Shown here: positions 1 to 9,649 of the stretch, piece by piece
Layout: the number at the start of each line of letters is the position of its first letter
How positions within the stretch are numbered: the stretch's first letter is position 1
Origin: Patescibacteria group bacterium
GTDB taxonomy: Bacteria > Patescibacteriota > Doudnabacteria > UBA920 > O2-02-FULL-48-8
Assembly: GCA_036278915.1 (NCBI GenBank)
Contig: DASUKB010000001.1
Coordinates: 91,892-155,891, forward strand
DNA length: 64,000 nucleotides
Direction: 5' to 3'
Program-made: the position numbers and the translations under genes
The notes under the pieces: generated by a model
Database searches by the model: none
What the model was told of the DNA's origin: nothing
What the model saw: the letters and a program-made list of their open reading frames with translations, nothing else

Positions 1-1863
1 ATCCTTTCCGTGGACGAAGTCAATGACCCAGACATCGTTGCCATAAATGCCGCATCCGCCGCTTTGTCCGGATCCAACATTCCGTTTGAAGGGCCGATTG
101 CAGCCGTGCGCGTGGGCCGGGTCAAGGGCGAATACGTCATCAATCCCAATTACCAGGAGCGCGAAGAAGGCGATTTGGATTTGGTAGTTTCCGGCACCAA
201 GGAGCACATTATGATGGTGGAAGCCGGCGCCAAACAAATCACCGAAGCCGATATGATAGGCGCCATTAAGTTTGCAAAAGATTACCTGTCGCAGCTTTTC
301 GATTTGCAGATGGAACTCATAAACAAAGTCAAAGTCCCCAAAGCCGAAGTCGTATATATTTTGCCGGACAAAGACATTTACGCCGAAGTAGAAAAATCTC
401 AAGCCAAACTTGAGCAGGCTTTGTATGGCACATTCAGCAAAGAGATCCGCGAAAAGCAGGTGGACGAAGTCAAAAAGACAATCGTAGCGGAAATTACCGA
501 AGCGTATAAAGAAAAGCCCGAGATGAACGGGGAGAAAAACGCGAAATTGTCCTTTGACAAACTTCTCAAAAAAACCATCCGCAAAAATATTTTGGAATCA
601 GACAAGCGCATTGATTTGCGCCCGCTCAATGTCACCCGACCCGTGTCTTGCGAAGTTGGGGTGCTCCCGCGCACGCACGGCAGCGCTTTGTTTAACCGCG
701 GCGAAACTCAGATACTTACCACAGTGACTTTGGGCTCGGCTGGCGATGCGCAGATTCTGGACGGCATGGAAGACTTTGGCGTGGACGGCACAGTCAAACG
801 CTACATCCATCACTACAATTTCCCGGGCTACTCCGTGGGCGAAGTTGCTCCTATCCGCGGACCTGGCCGGCGCGAAGTCGGCCACGGTGCTCTGGCTGAG
901 CGCGCGGTGGAAGTGGTCATACCTGACAAAGAAAAGTTCCCGTACACCTTGCGCCTTGTTTCCGAAGCCTTGGGCAGCAACGGTTCTACATCCATGGGTT
1001 CAACCTGCGGTTCAACTCTGGCGCTTATGGATGCCGGCGTGCCAATTACAGATATGATCGGCGGCGTGGCCATGGGACTCATCCTTGATCCTGCCAGCGG
1101 CAAATACAAAGTTCTTACAGACATTCAGGGTATAGAAGACGGCAATGGCGACATGGATTTCAAAGTTACCGGTTCGGACAAAGGCATTACCGCCCTTCAG
1201 ATGGACAACAAGACCAAGGGCCTCACTGTAGAAATTTTGGAAAAGGCTTTGGCGCAGGCGCGCGAAGGCCGCATGCACATTCTGGACGTTATGAAAAAGA
1301 CAATTGATAAGCCGCGCGCGGAAATGTCGCCTCTGGCACCTCGCATCGAGACCATGCAGATTAATCCGGAAAAAATCCGCGACGTCATAGGCTCCGGCGG
1401 CAAGATTATAAACAAAATCATTGCCGACACTGGAGTTAAGATTGACATTGAAGATTCCGGTCTTGTGATGGTTGCCTCAAATAACGCCGAGGGTATGAAA
1501 AAGGCGCTTGAGATAATTCACAATCTGACGCGCGAGATTAAAGTCGGAGAAGTCTTTCACGGCAAAGTCAACCGCATTATGGACTTCGGCGCGTTTGTGG
1601 AACTGACCCCGGGCCACGACGGCCTCTGCCACGTTTCGGAACTTGCCTGGACTCACGTCAACAAAGTTGAAGACGTCGTGCACATCGGCGACGAGCTGGA
1701 CGTCAAAGTCGTGGAAATCGACCACATGGGCCGCATCAACCTTTCGCACAAAGTTTTACTCCCGCGCCCAGAAGGCGGCAGCATCGACGAGAGGCCCAGA
1801 CCTCCGAGAGGACCAGGGCATGACCACGGCCACGGCGGCAGGCATTTTGCATCCAGGCATTAA
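1..1863 (+). CDS. pnp: Polynucleotide phosphorylase (PNPase), 3' portion; gene starts upstream of the window
   Basis: Open frame from base 1. Second RNase PH core ([22 protein letters not shown]) followed by KH ([11 protein letters not shown]) and S1 ([15 protein letters not shown]) domains. Gly/His/Arg-rich C-terminal tail. Confidence 0.9.
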   Translation: MLSVDEVNDPDIVAINAASAALSGSNIPFEGPIAAVRVGRVKGEYVINPNYQEREEGDLDLVVSGTKEHIMMVEAGAKQITEADMIGAIKFAKDYLSQLFDLQMELINKVKVPKAEVVYILPDKDIYAEVEKSQAKLEQALYGTFSKEIREKQVDEVKKTIVAEITEAYKEKPEMNGEKNAKLSFDKLLKKTIRKNILESDKRIDLRPLNVTRPVSCEVGVLPRTHGSALFNRGETQILTTVTLGSAGDAQILDGMEDFGVDGTVKRYIHHYNFPGYSVGEVAPIRGPGRREVGHGALAERAVEVVIPDKEKFPYTLRLVSEALGSNGSTSMGSTCGSTLALMDAGVPITDMIGGVAMGLILDPASGKYKVLTDIQGIEDGNGDMDFKVTGSDKGITALQMDNKTKGLTVEILEKALAQAREGRMHILDVMKKTIDKPRAEMSPLAPRIETMQINPEKIRDVIGSGGKIINKIIADTGVKIDIEDSGLVMVASNNAEGMKKALEIIHNLTREIKVGEVFHGKVNRIMDFGAFVELTPGHDGLCHVSELAWTHVNKVEDVVHIGDELDVKVVEIDHMGRINLSHKVLLPRPEGGSIDERPRPPRGPGHDHGHGGRHFASRH

Positions 1864-1883
1864 ATTAATTGAAAGGCAATTAA

Positions 1884-2099
1884 GTGAAAAAAATTCTTTG
1901 TTCGAACCTGGGCGGGCCGGCAGACTGCACCACAGTCATCACCGGCAACACCGCACAGGAGATGATCGACAGCGGTTGGAAGCACCTCCAGGAAACGCAT
2001 CCGGAGCAGGCCGAAAACATTATGAAGAACCCAAAAGAAGCCAATGACAAATGGATGGCGGAGTTCAAAGAAAAGTTCGACACTTTGGAAGACATGTAG
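1884..2099 (+). CDS. DUF1059 small metal-binding protein
   Basis: 71 aa, MKKILCSNLGGPADCTTVITGNTAQEM... matches the DUF1059 pattern (C-x-D/N-x-G-x-x-C, then TxxGxTEEE-like). Followed by a hairpin terminator at 2110-2142. Confidence 0.6.
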   Translation: MKKILCSNLGGPADCTTVITGNTAQEMIDSGWKHLQETHPEQAENIMKNPKEANDKWMAEFKEKFDTLEDM

Positions 2100-2196
2100 C
2101 AAAATCCAAAACAGTCCAGCAATTTCGCTGGGCTGTTTTATTTGTTTGTTTGGGTTGTTTGTGCAATACTTTTGGCAACAGGAACTGGAGGGCTTT

Positions 2197-2493
2197 ATGT
2201 GGAAACTGCTGCTGTTTTGTTCGTGCCCTCTGCTTGCGTATTGGGCATATGCGTCAAAACGGGCGCAGGACGAAGCCATGGCGACGCAAATACGCGAATG
2301 CGAAGCCTTGATTCTGTGCCATGACATGACCAGCAAAATTTCCGAACTAGCCGACGATCCGGACATAACCGAAAGCACATGGCGGGAATGGTTGCCGGTA
2401 GTAGAGGCTGCTGATGCGGAAATCAGCGCCAAATGCCCACGTCTGGAAATGGCGTCAATTGCGGACTTGGTCTATGCGGTAGTCGCTCATTGA
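2197..2493 (+). CDS. Hypothetical membrane-anchored small protein (paralog 1 of a pair)
   Basis: The ORF-track entry 2044..2493 overlaps the DUF1059 gene, so the internal ATG at 2197 (GGAGGG SD 5 nt upstream) is the likely start. N-terminal TM segment. C-terminal motif EW..LP..EAAD shared with 2647..2976. Confidence 0.45.
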   Translation: MWKLLLFCSCPLLAYWAYASKRAQDEAMATQIRECEALILCHDMTSKISELADDPDITESTWREWLPVVEAADAEISAKCPRLEMASIADLVYAVVAH

Positions 2494-2505
2494 TTCTGGA
2501 GCGCA

Positions 2506-2536
2506 GGCACTTCGTTTGAAACGAGGTGCCTTTTGT
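2506..2536 (+). terminator. Intrinsic terminator, member of GGCACTTCG...CGAGGTGCC hairpin family
   Basis: GGCACTTCG-tttgaaa-CGAGGTGCC plus TTTT. Related copies at 2992-3021 and 4233-4266. Confidence 0.55.
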
Positions 2537-2646
2537 ATTTGCGGCAGTAATTTGGCGAGTTGAGATGTTTTTTTTGAAAGCTTGATTTTTGCAATCGTTA
2601 GTGGCAAAATAGGGCAGATCGGAGTCTGCGTACCCAAGGAGGAGAC

Positions 2647-2976
2647 ATGAGATTGCTTTACTATATTCTTGGCGTGTTCACAATCCCTTGTGCTGTCGTT
2701 GTAATCAACGGGCTTGCACGCCATTTTTTCCGGCGCGAGGACATCAGCGTCGAGGACGCGGTCAGGCTCAATGTGGCCATGAGCCGCCAGATTGAGGATT
2801 TCTTGGCTGACCTTGATATGACTGTAGAGGAATGGAAAGCCACACTCCCGTATTTCGAAGCAGCCGACAGGCTCATACAAGAGACTCTGGATGAGATGCC
2901 TACCCATGTTCGGATGGTTCGGGAAATCATCTCACAGATGGAGGATGGAGAGCTGACTTATCCCACACCCGCATAG
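2647..2976 (+). CDS. Hypothetical membrane-anchored small protein (paralog 2 of a pair)
   Basis: GGAGG SD upstream of the ATG and an N-terminal TM helix. TVEEWKATLPYFEAAD aligns with TESTWREWLPVVEAAD of the 2197 gene. The same GGCACTTCG...CGAGGTGCC terminator follows both genes. Confidence 0.5.
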   Translation: MRLLYYILGVFTIPCAVVVINGLARHFFRREDISVEDAVRLNVAMSRQIEDFLADLDMTVEEWKATLPYFEAADRLIQETLDEMPTHVRMVREIISQMEDGELTYPTPA

Positions 2977-3189
2977 GGCATTCCCGACCAAGGCACTTCG
3001 CGCAAACGAGGTGCCTTTTTGTTTGACGGAGCGCAAGCAAAGTGTATAATTTAAACAAGCGGCACAAGGCCGCTATTTTCTTTTTCATAAAACCCCCCCG
3101 ATTTCGGCAAAGCCGAAATCTGCCCCCTCTTTAATAAAGAGGGGGCGGGTCAGCCCAGGGTCAGCGGGGGAGTTTAGTAGAATTAATCC

Positions 3190-3714
3190 ATGCCAGAAAT
3201 AAATTTGGAATTTAAATCCGGAAAATCTTACCGCAGACTTGCGATTCGCGTCTTCCCCAGCGGCCGGGTGGTGGTCACCAAACCGCGCAGGCTTAGCGTT
3301 TCCCAGGCGCAATTTTTCGTAGACAAAAAGATGCACTGGATCCGCAAAAAACTGGAATTCTACAAATCCGCGCACGTCTACGACTGGAAAGATTATGTGC
3401 CGGATTTGCCCAAATCCCTGGAATTCGTAAAGGGGAGGCTTGCGCACTTCAACCAGCACTACCAATTTGCCTACGGCATGGTGCGGGTAAAAAATCAGAA
3501 ATCCGTGTGGGGCACGTGCTCTGCCCGCAAAAATCTCAACTTCAATGCCAAAATAATTGCCCTGCCGCCAGAGCAGGCGGACTACATCATAGTCCACGAG
3601 CTTTGCCACACTCGCGAACTAAACCATTCGCAGAAATTTTGGGATTTGGTAGCCGAGCAAATCCCAGACTACAAACGCATCAAACAAGAGCTAAAACTAT
3701 ACTCTTTCGACTGA
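3190..3714 (+). CDS. YgjP-like/WLM (DUF45) HExxH metal-dependent hydrolase
   Basis: 174 aa. HELCH motif near the C-terminus (IIVHELCHTRELNHSQKFW) is typical of the YgjP/M48-like zinc hydrolase family. Confidence 0.65.
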   Translation: MPEINLEFKSGKSYRRLAIRVFPSGRVVVTKPRRLSVSQAQFFVDKKMHWIRKKLEFYKSAHVYDWKDYVPDLPKSLEFVKGRLAHFNQHYQFAYGMVRVKNQKSVWGTCSARKNLNFNAKIIALPPEQADYIIVHELCHTRELNHSQKFWDLVAEQIPDYKRIKQELKLYSFD

Positions 3715-3809
3715 TTTTCAGGCAGCCTGTCCGCCGAAGCTCGATAAGTTGGAAGCTTTACGCGAAGGCGGATTCGTGGCAAACTATGCCGGCAAGGAGG
3801 ATTTAGTAT

Positions 3810-4220
3810 ATGGCTACTCCGGAGTGGGATAAGCTGCTTTCTGCAGCCAACAAGGCGAGATTCAACGCCTATGCGCCTTACTCGGAATTTCTGGTGGGCG
3901 CTTCGGTACAGACAGTCGGCGGCGAAATTTTTTCCGGCTGTAACGTGGAGAACGCTTCCTACGGCCTCACCATCTGTGCCGAGCGCACGGCGCTGGTGAA
4001 AATGGTGTCCGAGATTGCCTTTCCGGTACTTGCGGCTGTCTGCGTCGTACTCAAGGGTGGCCACATGAAAGGCGGATCCCCTTGCGGCGCCTGCCGGCAG
4101 TTTATATGGGAGTTCTGCCGAGGCAACGAGGATGTGCCGGTGCTTATGACCGATCCGGATGACACCGGCAGAAGGTACAGCACTATCGGCCAACTGCTCC
4201 CCGAAGCGTTTGTGTTGTAA
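3810..4220 (+). CDS. cdd: Cytidine deaminase
   Basis: CAERTA (H/C-A-E zinc site) and PCGACRQ motifs. 136 aa, typical of homotetrameric Cdd. Confidence 0.85.
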   Translation: MATPEWDKLLSAANKARFNAYAPYSEFLVGASVQTVGGEIFSGCNVENASYGLTICAERTALVKMVSEIAFPVLAAVCVVLKGGHMKGGSPCGACRQFIWEFCRGNEDVPVLMTDPDDTGRRYSTIGQLLPEAFVL

Positions 4221-4801
4221 AACAACCCTAAGGGCACTTCGTCTCAGACGCGGTGCCTCTTTTATTTGGGTCAAAAAAATTTACAATTTATCATTTATAA
4301 TTTCTAATTTCTCATCTTTCGTCTGCACGAGGTACAAAAAAACAGTCCAGGCTTTCGCTGAACTGTTATCATGTTTTCGCAATCCTCGTTTGTTGCGCTG
4401 CGGCCGGGCAGTAGGAGGCCTTATTCACCTCAACAGGTGCTTTTTGTCACGGGACTAGGTAGTCATTCCTCGGTCCCCACGACATCCATCCGATCCACTT
4501 CCCGGATGTTTTGACAAAAATGAGCTCTAGGCGATTTTTCACGCCATACCCTCCAACCCGGCCCCAAGCGCTTTGTTCACAAATATGTTACCTCGAAATC
4601 CCAAACTCCGCAACGAAAGCTTATCAGGTTAATTCCCCACACCCGTATGGGGCGCTAAAAACGAGTTGACAGTGGATGCTTTTAGATGTAGGATCAGGGT
4701 GTTCGAAATCCACAAGGAGATCATAGCTAGGTCACGCAGACCGAGGTTATTCAGGTTCTTCCTGTGAAATCCTTGATGGGTTTCACTAAAAAGGAGGAGT
4801 T

Positions 4802-5044
4802 ATGAGTTACTCTCCGGTCTCAATATGCATCTATTGCATGTTGCGTAGATTTTGGCAGGTGGATCGTCGCGGGCTGAACAAGCTCGAGGCGATGGGCATC
4901 CTCACGGTTGCCACCATTTGTCAAAAGACTCGCCGCGACCTCAGGCAGATACGAGGTGTGGGCAATCTGACGATTGCGGAGGTTGAGCGAATACTCGCCA
5001 TCTTCAACGAGAAGTTGAAAGAAGATCTTCCACTCTTCAGATAA
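4802..5044 (+). CDS. Small helix-hairpin-helix DNA-binding protein (RNAP alpha-CTD-like)
   Basis: 80 aa. The DLRQIRGVGNLTIAEVERIL motif is HhH-like. Strong AAGGAGGAG SD. GC-rich hairpin terminator at 5056-5087. Confidence 0.45.
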   Translation: MSYSPVSICIYCMLRRFWQVDRRGLNKLEAMGILTVATICQKTRRDLRQIRGVGNLTIAEVERILAIFNEKLKEDLPLFR

Positions 5045-5159
5045 CCCTACCCGAAGGCGCTCGCCCTTTGAGCGCCTTTTTCTTTTTGTGTCAAGAGACT
5101 AGGGTCTTGACCTTAGGATTGCTCAGGTCTACGTTTTAGTTGTAATTAACAATAACCAT

Positions 5160-5720
5160 ATGAGTCCCTATAGTCCCCAATATCATAATAGTTCTTGGTT
5201 TGGTGACTGGTGGTGGGTGATAGTCCTTGTGATTGTAGGAATTGCTGCCGCAATATATTTAATTTACACGGAGCTTGGCCGACGACATTCAACACGTTTA
5301 TTTTTGCGGAACCAAAAAGTACCACAAATAATGAAAGACCTCACTCCCTTGTCCTTTGAAATTTGGGTGAGGGGATTATTTATAAATATTGGAGCAGACG
5401 CCATACTTTCCAAACGAGAATCAAAAACCGGTTTTGATCACGGGATTGATTTAGTCGCGCATTACAAAGGTCAGAAAATTTGTATTCAATGCAAGAAATA
5501 TTTCCCGAACAGATTGGTCGATGAAACAATTTTGCGAGATTTATATGGAGCAATGGAGTATGGCAAATACGACAAAGCGGTACTTGTCACCACCAGCAGT
5601 TTTACTCGCCGCGCGCGAGAGTGGGCGGAGAAGGCTGATGATATGATTTTGATAAACGGTGAACTCCTCCAAAAGATGCGAGACAATACAGGAATCCTGA
5701 TAAACCTTTTAAATAAATAA
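5160..5720 (+). CDS. Membrane-anchored Mrr_cat (restriction-endonuclease-like) domain protein
   Basis: N-terminal TM helix (WWWVIVLVIVGIAAAIYLIY). The Mrr_cat pattern follows: LSFEIW..., ...GFDHGIDLVA..., ...ICIQCKKY..., ...VLVTTSSFTRRAREWA. Located in the AT-rich island. Confidence 0.6.
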   Translation: MSPYSPQYHNSSWFGDWWWVIVLVIVGIAAAIYLIYTELGRRHSTRLFLRNQKVPQIMKDLTPLSFEIWVRGLFINIGADAILSKRESKTGFDHGIDLVAHYKGQKICIQCKKYFPNRLVDETILRDLYGAMEYGKYDKAVLVTTSSFTRRAREWAEKADDMILINGELLQKMRDNTGILINLLNK

Positions 5721-5884
5721 CGCCCCACACTCCTATGGGGCGTTAAAATTTGACAAAATGCCCATTTGGCTATAAACTTTAGGAAAGATATAATTTTTTA
5801 GAGCGGCTTTTGCCGCTTTTTTTGTCTTAATTCCATATTGCCCTTGACGTCTTTTTTTGCCTATAGTAATATTTTATTACCTAT

Positions 5885-6211
5885 ATGCAAATAAGTAAAC
5901 TAGTCAAAAATTTAAGAGACCAAAGTGAGTTCACACTCGACGTTCTAGCAAAGAAGACCGGGTTATCTGCAGGTTTTCTATCTAGATTAGAAAAGGGCAA
6001 TTACGATAACAAGAACATACAATTGGAGACAATTATACGCTTGGCGAATGGTTTGGGACAAAAGTTAAAAGATTTTTTGGACAACTTGCAGATTATAGAC
6101 CAGAATGAATTACCTCCTTTGAATCTATACCTGAGAGAAAAGTATAAGATAAAAAAAGATTCAGATATAAAAACTATCGAAGACATAATTAATAAGTTTA
6201 CTGATGAGTAA
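5885..6211 (+). CDS. XRE-family helix-turn-helix transcriptional regulator
   Basis: FTLDVLAKKTGLSAGFLSRLEKGN is a canonical Cro/C1 HTH. Overlaps the next gene by 8 nt. Confidence 0.8.
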   Translation: MQISKLVKNLRDQSEFTLDVLAKKTGLSAGFLSRLEKGNYDNKNIQLETIIRLANGLGQKLKDFLDNLQIIDQNELPPLNLYLREKYKIKKDSDIKTIEDIINKFTDE

Positions 6212-6776
6212 TTCCATAATACAAACTATAAATTCTGATGCAGAAAAAATCGCTGCAGCAATAATAGACTCGATCAATTATGGAGAAAATCCGCCACTTG
6301 GAAAGTTAATTGGTTGGTTAGAAGATAATCTACGCTCTCAGATTGATCTTAAACATATCGATTTGGGTTCTACTCCTGTTTGCGGTCTCACGTATCATGT
6401 TTTTTCAAAAGATATGTATGTGGTCCGTGTTGACAAAACCAATCCATACACAAGACAAAAATTTACGGTTGCTCACGAACTAGGACACATAATAGGAGAC
6501 TTGCAGTTAACAGCTATAGCTGGTTATTTCGACGGCGAATTGGAAAATGTAAAAAGTGGTTTGGAAAGATTTTGCAATAGATTTGCCGCAGCTTATTTAA
6601 TGCCACCAGAAATATTTAAAAGGATTTGGTCCATGTCTGGAGATAAGAATTCAACACAAATAACGAAGATGCTTTATGTTGCTTCAAGATTTGGTGTTTC
6701 CGAAGAGGCGGCCAGGTATAGAGCTATCGAACTTGGATTACTAAATTACAGTAAACGGGACAACGACCGAAATTAG
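6204..6776 (+). CDS. ImmA/IrrE-family metallopeptidase (DUF955)
   Basis: HEXXH in FTVAHELGHIIGD. Classic XRE+ImmA/IrrE pair arrangement. Confidence 0.75.
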   Translation: MSNSIIQTINSDAEKIAAAIIDSINYGENPPLGKLIGWLEDNLRSQIDLKHIDLGSTPVCGLTYHVFSKDMYVVRVDKTNPYTRQKFTVAHELGHIIGDLQLTAIAGYFDGELENVKSGLERFCNRFAAAYLMPPEIFKRIWSMSGDKNSTQITKMLYVASRFGVSEEAARYRAIELGLLNYSKRDNDRN

Positions 6777-6800
6777 CGTTGTAGAAAGGACGAAACAAAA

Positions 6801-7091
6801 ATGATCAGAATTACTTGTATCAACAAAGATAACGGTAATCATGAAAACCCACATTTGGCCATTACCTACTTAGGTTGGATAGAAGACGGTACTAATGCGG
6901 TAGGAAAATGGGCTCGATTACAGTTATATAGATGGATCAAGGAGCAAGGCGGGATTGCGTATGTTATGGATGCTATTAAGAACCGCGTATACGTAAAACC
7001 TGCCGTTTCTGTAATGGGGAATCCTTATGTTCGGACTGAATCCGATGGCAAGGTTACAAATAATTTACTCTCGTTAATTGAGTGTAAATAG
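6801..7091 (+). CDS. DUF3892 domain protein
   Basis: 96 aa. The C-terminal ...VRTESDGKVTNNLLSLIEC matches the conserved DUF3892 signature (T..D....NNLL.LP.C). Confidence 0.55.
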   Translation: MIRITCINKDNGNHENPHLAITYLGWIEDGTNAVGKWARLQLYRWIKEQGGIAYVMDAIKNRVYVKPAVSVMGNPYVRTESDGKVTNNLLSLIECK

Positions 7092-7190
7092 CAAAGACCC
7101 GAATATAATTCGGGTCCATACTCGAATTATATCACAAAAAGCGGCACTAGTGCCGCTTTTTGCTTTTTTGAATTAAAAATGTCAAAATAA

Positions 7191-8042
7191 ATGAAAGATT
7201 TAAATCAACTAGCCTTGAAATTAAAGACCAAAATTGACGCCCAGCCCTTTATAAAGTGGGCTGGCGGTAAAAGACAGCTTTTAGATGAGCTTGAGAAGCA
7301 CAAGCCTAAATGGTTCAATAGATACTTTGAACCATTTGTTGGCGGTGGAGCTTTATATTTTCGGATTCAGCCAGGGCAAAGTTTTCTGTCGGATATAAAT
7401 CCTGAATTAGTAAATCTATATTTAATAATTCAAAGTAAAGTTGATGAATTAATTTCTGAACTCAAAAAATTAAAAGTATCGGAGAAAGAATTTTATAAAA
7501 TAAGAAATATTGACAGAAAACCGGAATATAGAGAATGGAATAACATAAAAAAAGCTGCAAGATTTATATATCTAAATAAAACTTGCTTTAATGGATTGTA
7601 CAGAATGAACTCCAAAGGCCATTTTAATGTTCCTTATGGTAACCAAAACAATCCAAAAATTCTTGACGAATATAATCTCCGGCAAGTAAATAAATTATTG
7701 CAAAATTCTGATATCAAATGTCAATCCTATTCTGGAATAGAAAAAAATGTAAAGAAAGGTGACTTTGTCTACTTTGATCCTCCTTATGCTCCATTAAACA
7801 AATCTTCTTTTACGAAGTACTTTAAAGACGATTTTGATATTAAAATGCAGGTTGATCTACGAGATTTATGCGACCGTTTAGATAAAAAGGGTGTTTATTT
7901 TATGATTTCAAATTCTCATACATCCTTGATTTTTGGATTGTATAAAAACTATGATATCAAGGTAGTTGACGCAATCAGAGCTATCAACTGCAAGGGTTCT
8001 GGTAGAGGAAAAGTGAAGGAAGTCTTAATAACGAATTACTGA
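7191..8042 (+). CDS. Dam-family (D12 class) N6-adenine DNA methyltransferase
   Basis: The N-terminal SAM motif (KWAGGKRQLL, FEPFVGGGALYF) and the catalytic DPPY (VYFDPPYAP) match the alpha-group m6A MTases of the Dam/DpnM/T4Dam family. Confidence 0.85.
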   Translation: MKDLNQLALKLKTKIDAQPFIKWAGGKRQLLDELEKHKPKWFNRYFEPFVGGGALYFRIQPGQSFLSDINPELVNLYLIIQSKVDELISELKKLKVSEKEFYKIRNIDRKPEYREWNNIKKAARFIYLNKTCFNGLYRMNSKGHFNVPYGNQNNPKILDEYNLRQVNKLLQNSDIKCQSYSGIEKNVKKGDFVYFDPPYAPLNKSSFTKYFKDDFDIKMQVDLRDLCDRLDKKGVYFMISNSHTSLIFGLYKNYDIKVVDAIRAINCKGSGRGKVKEVLITNY

Positions 8043-8043
8043 A

Positions 8044-9297
8044 ATGTCCAACCGAGAACTATGGTCAAAGGTGTTTGAAATAAAAAAATTTGATCTAAAT
8101 AAAGATATTCATTTTATTACCGCAAAGGAGATAAAGCAGATCACTGGCCAAGAGCCAAGGAATATGGCTAAGATGGATAGCACTGCAGATCTGCCGTCTA
8201 TTTTCAAAAATAACGGTTATTTTTTATTACCAATTGAAAATGGGAGATATGAAATTATACGAGGTGAGGGATATCATAAATTAGAAAAAAATAAAAAGAC
8301 AGGTGAATATGATGCAGATATTAAATTTTCTATTACGACTGCTGCCAGGGGTGCAAGTGAGATGGAATATTTAGATTACTCAATTTATACAGGAGTGCTT
8401 GAGAAAATTTTGGGTCTAGGTTCCATGTACCCATCCATCCGAGGGCGTGGCCGAAGCCGAAGTTTTAATTTTTTTGTTAACCGTCATCAAGTGGATGTTT
8501 CAGGTGTCCAACTGGAAGTAGATTCAGGTTTAGAAGCGGAGCATGCCATAGTTCTTATTGAAGCCAAAATGGAGACTCCTGAGGATTTTATTGTCCGACA
8601 ACTTTATTATCCATATAGACATTTTGGCTTGATCTCGCCTTATAAAAAAATTGTCCCAACTTTTTTTACTTATGATTTAGGCAATAAAGTTTATAAATAT
8701 TGGGTTTATGATTTTAAAAACGATGTAGATTACAATTCTATATATTTAAAATCCGTCCATGCTTTTAAAATCATAAGTACCGAACCAGTGGAACTAAGCG
8801 AGCTAAAACCTTTGGAAAACACGCAGATCGCTGATATTCCACAGGCCAATGATCTTGATAAAATTATAACTATGGTTTTTGGTGTTAATGAAAAGATTGA
8901 TGATTATAAAAAAATTGCAAAATATTTTGAGTTTAATGAGCGTCAGAGTAGCTACTATAGACAGGCTGCTGAGTCTTTAGGGTTAATCTCTTCTCATAAA
9001 GGTAAGTATTATCTTACCGATAAAGGGCAGAAATTGATTAAATTGTCTACTTCTGAGAGAAATATATTTTTTATTAAGCTCATCTCGGAATACGAGCTTG
9101 TGAAAAGTAGTTTGGATATTCTTCAGCATAAGTCGGTTTTGACCGATGGAGATTTAGTTAAGCTTGTCCGCCAAAACCATAAAATAAGTGGCAGCACTGT
9201 TATCCGACGCGCTCAATCATTGAAATCTTGGTTAAATTGGATCGCTGAGAGGACAAATACGTTTATAAAAGAAGATAACAAATTTATAGTCTCATAA
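8044..9297 (+). CDS. Putative PD-(D/E)xK restriction-endonuclease-like protein with C-terminal winged-helix domain (probable partner of the Dam-family MTase)
   Basis: Start codon 1 nt after the MTase stop (translational coupling). Candidate nuclease motif ...QLEVDSG...AIVLIEAKME (D...ExK). The C-terminal ~130 aa look wHTH-like (YYRQAAESLGLISSHKGKYYLT). No family can be assigned without a search. Confidence 0.4.
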   Translation: MSNRELWSKVFEIKKFDLNKDIHFITAKEIKQITGQEPRNMAKMDSTADLPSIFKNNGYFLLPIENGRYEIIRGEGYHKLEKNKKTGEYDADIKFSITTAARGASEMEYLDYSIYTGVLEKILGLGSMYPSIRGRGRSRSFNFFVNRHQVDVSGVQLEVDSGLEAEHAIVLIEAKMETPEDFIVRQLYYPYRHFGLISPYKKIVPTFFTYDLGNKVYKYWVYDFKNDVDYNSIYLKSVHAFKIISTEPVELSELKPLENTQIADIPQANDLDKIITMVFGVNEKIDDYKKIAKYFEFNERQSSYYRQAAESLGLISSHKGKYYLTDKGQKLIKLSTSERNIFFIKLISEYELVKSSLDILQHKSVLTDGDLVKLVRQNHKISGSTVIRRAQSLKSWLNWIAERTNTFIKEDNKFIVS

Positions 9298-9319
9298 TTT
9301 TATCCAATAATTTAAATCT

Positions 9320-9649
9320 ATGTCCAATTTGATGTATTTGGTTATCGGAATTGTGGTTGGGTATGTGATTGCCAGGGTTCAGCGCAATTTTGCTGCAAGA
9401 AAAGATTCTTCGCCTGCGGCTCAGAATGATAATTCTCTCAATCAACAACGGGCCGTGGAGCATCAGGCACATCTCGATAAAATTCTTGCAAGTTTCAATT
9501 CTGGAGATGAGATTACCAATGACAAAGTCCAGGCGTTGCTTGGGGTTTCTGATACAACTACTGGTAGATATTTGGAAGAACTAGAGAAGCAGGGGAAGCT
9601 GCAACAGATCGGTACTTTGGGGAAATATGTTAAATATCGAAAAATCTAA
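9320..9649 (+). CDS. Small membrane-anchored winged-helix protein
   Basis: N-terminal TM helix (LVIGIVVGYVIARV), then a predicted helical region ending in a wHTH-like segment (ALLGVSDTTTGRYLEELEKQGKLQQIGTLGKYVKY). Confidence 0.4.
   Translation: MSNLMYLVIGIVVGYVIARVQRNFAARKDSSPAAQNDNSLNQQRAVEHQAHLDKILASFNSGDEITNDKVQALLGVSDTTTGRYLEELEKQGKLQQIGTLGKYVKYRKI

Noticed and set aside
399-1749. Several 80-100-aa ORFs antisense or out-of-frame within the PNPase gene
   Set aside because: They lie fully inside a strongly supported conserved CDS and have no start-site support. They are typical frame-shadow ORFs.
3085-3609. 174-aa minus-strand ORF overlapping the YgjP-like gene and its structured leader
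   Set aside because: It is antisense to a gene with a clear HExxH family match. Its 3' half covers palindromic hairpins and C-runs, so the protein would be low-complexity. There is no SD.
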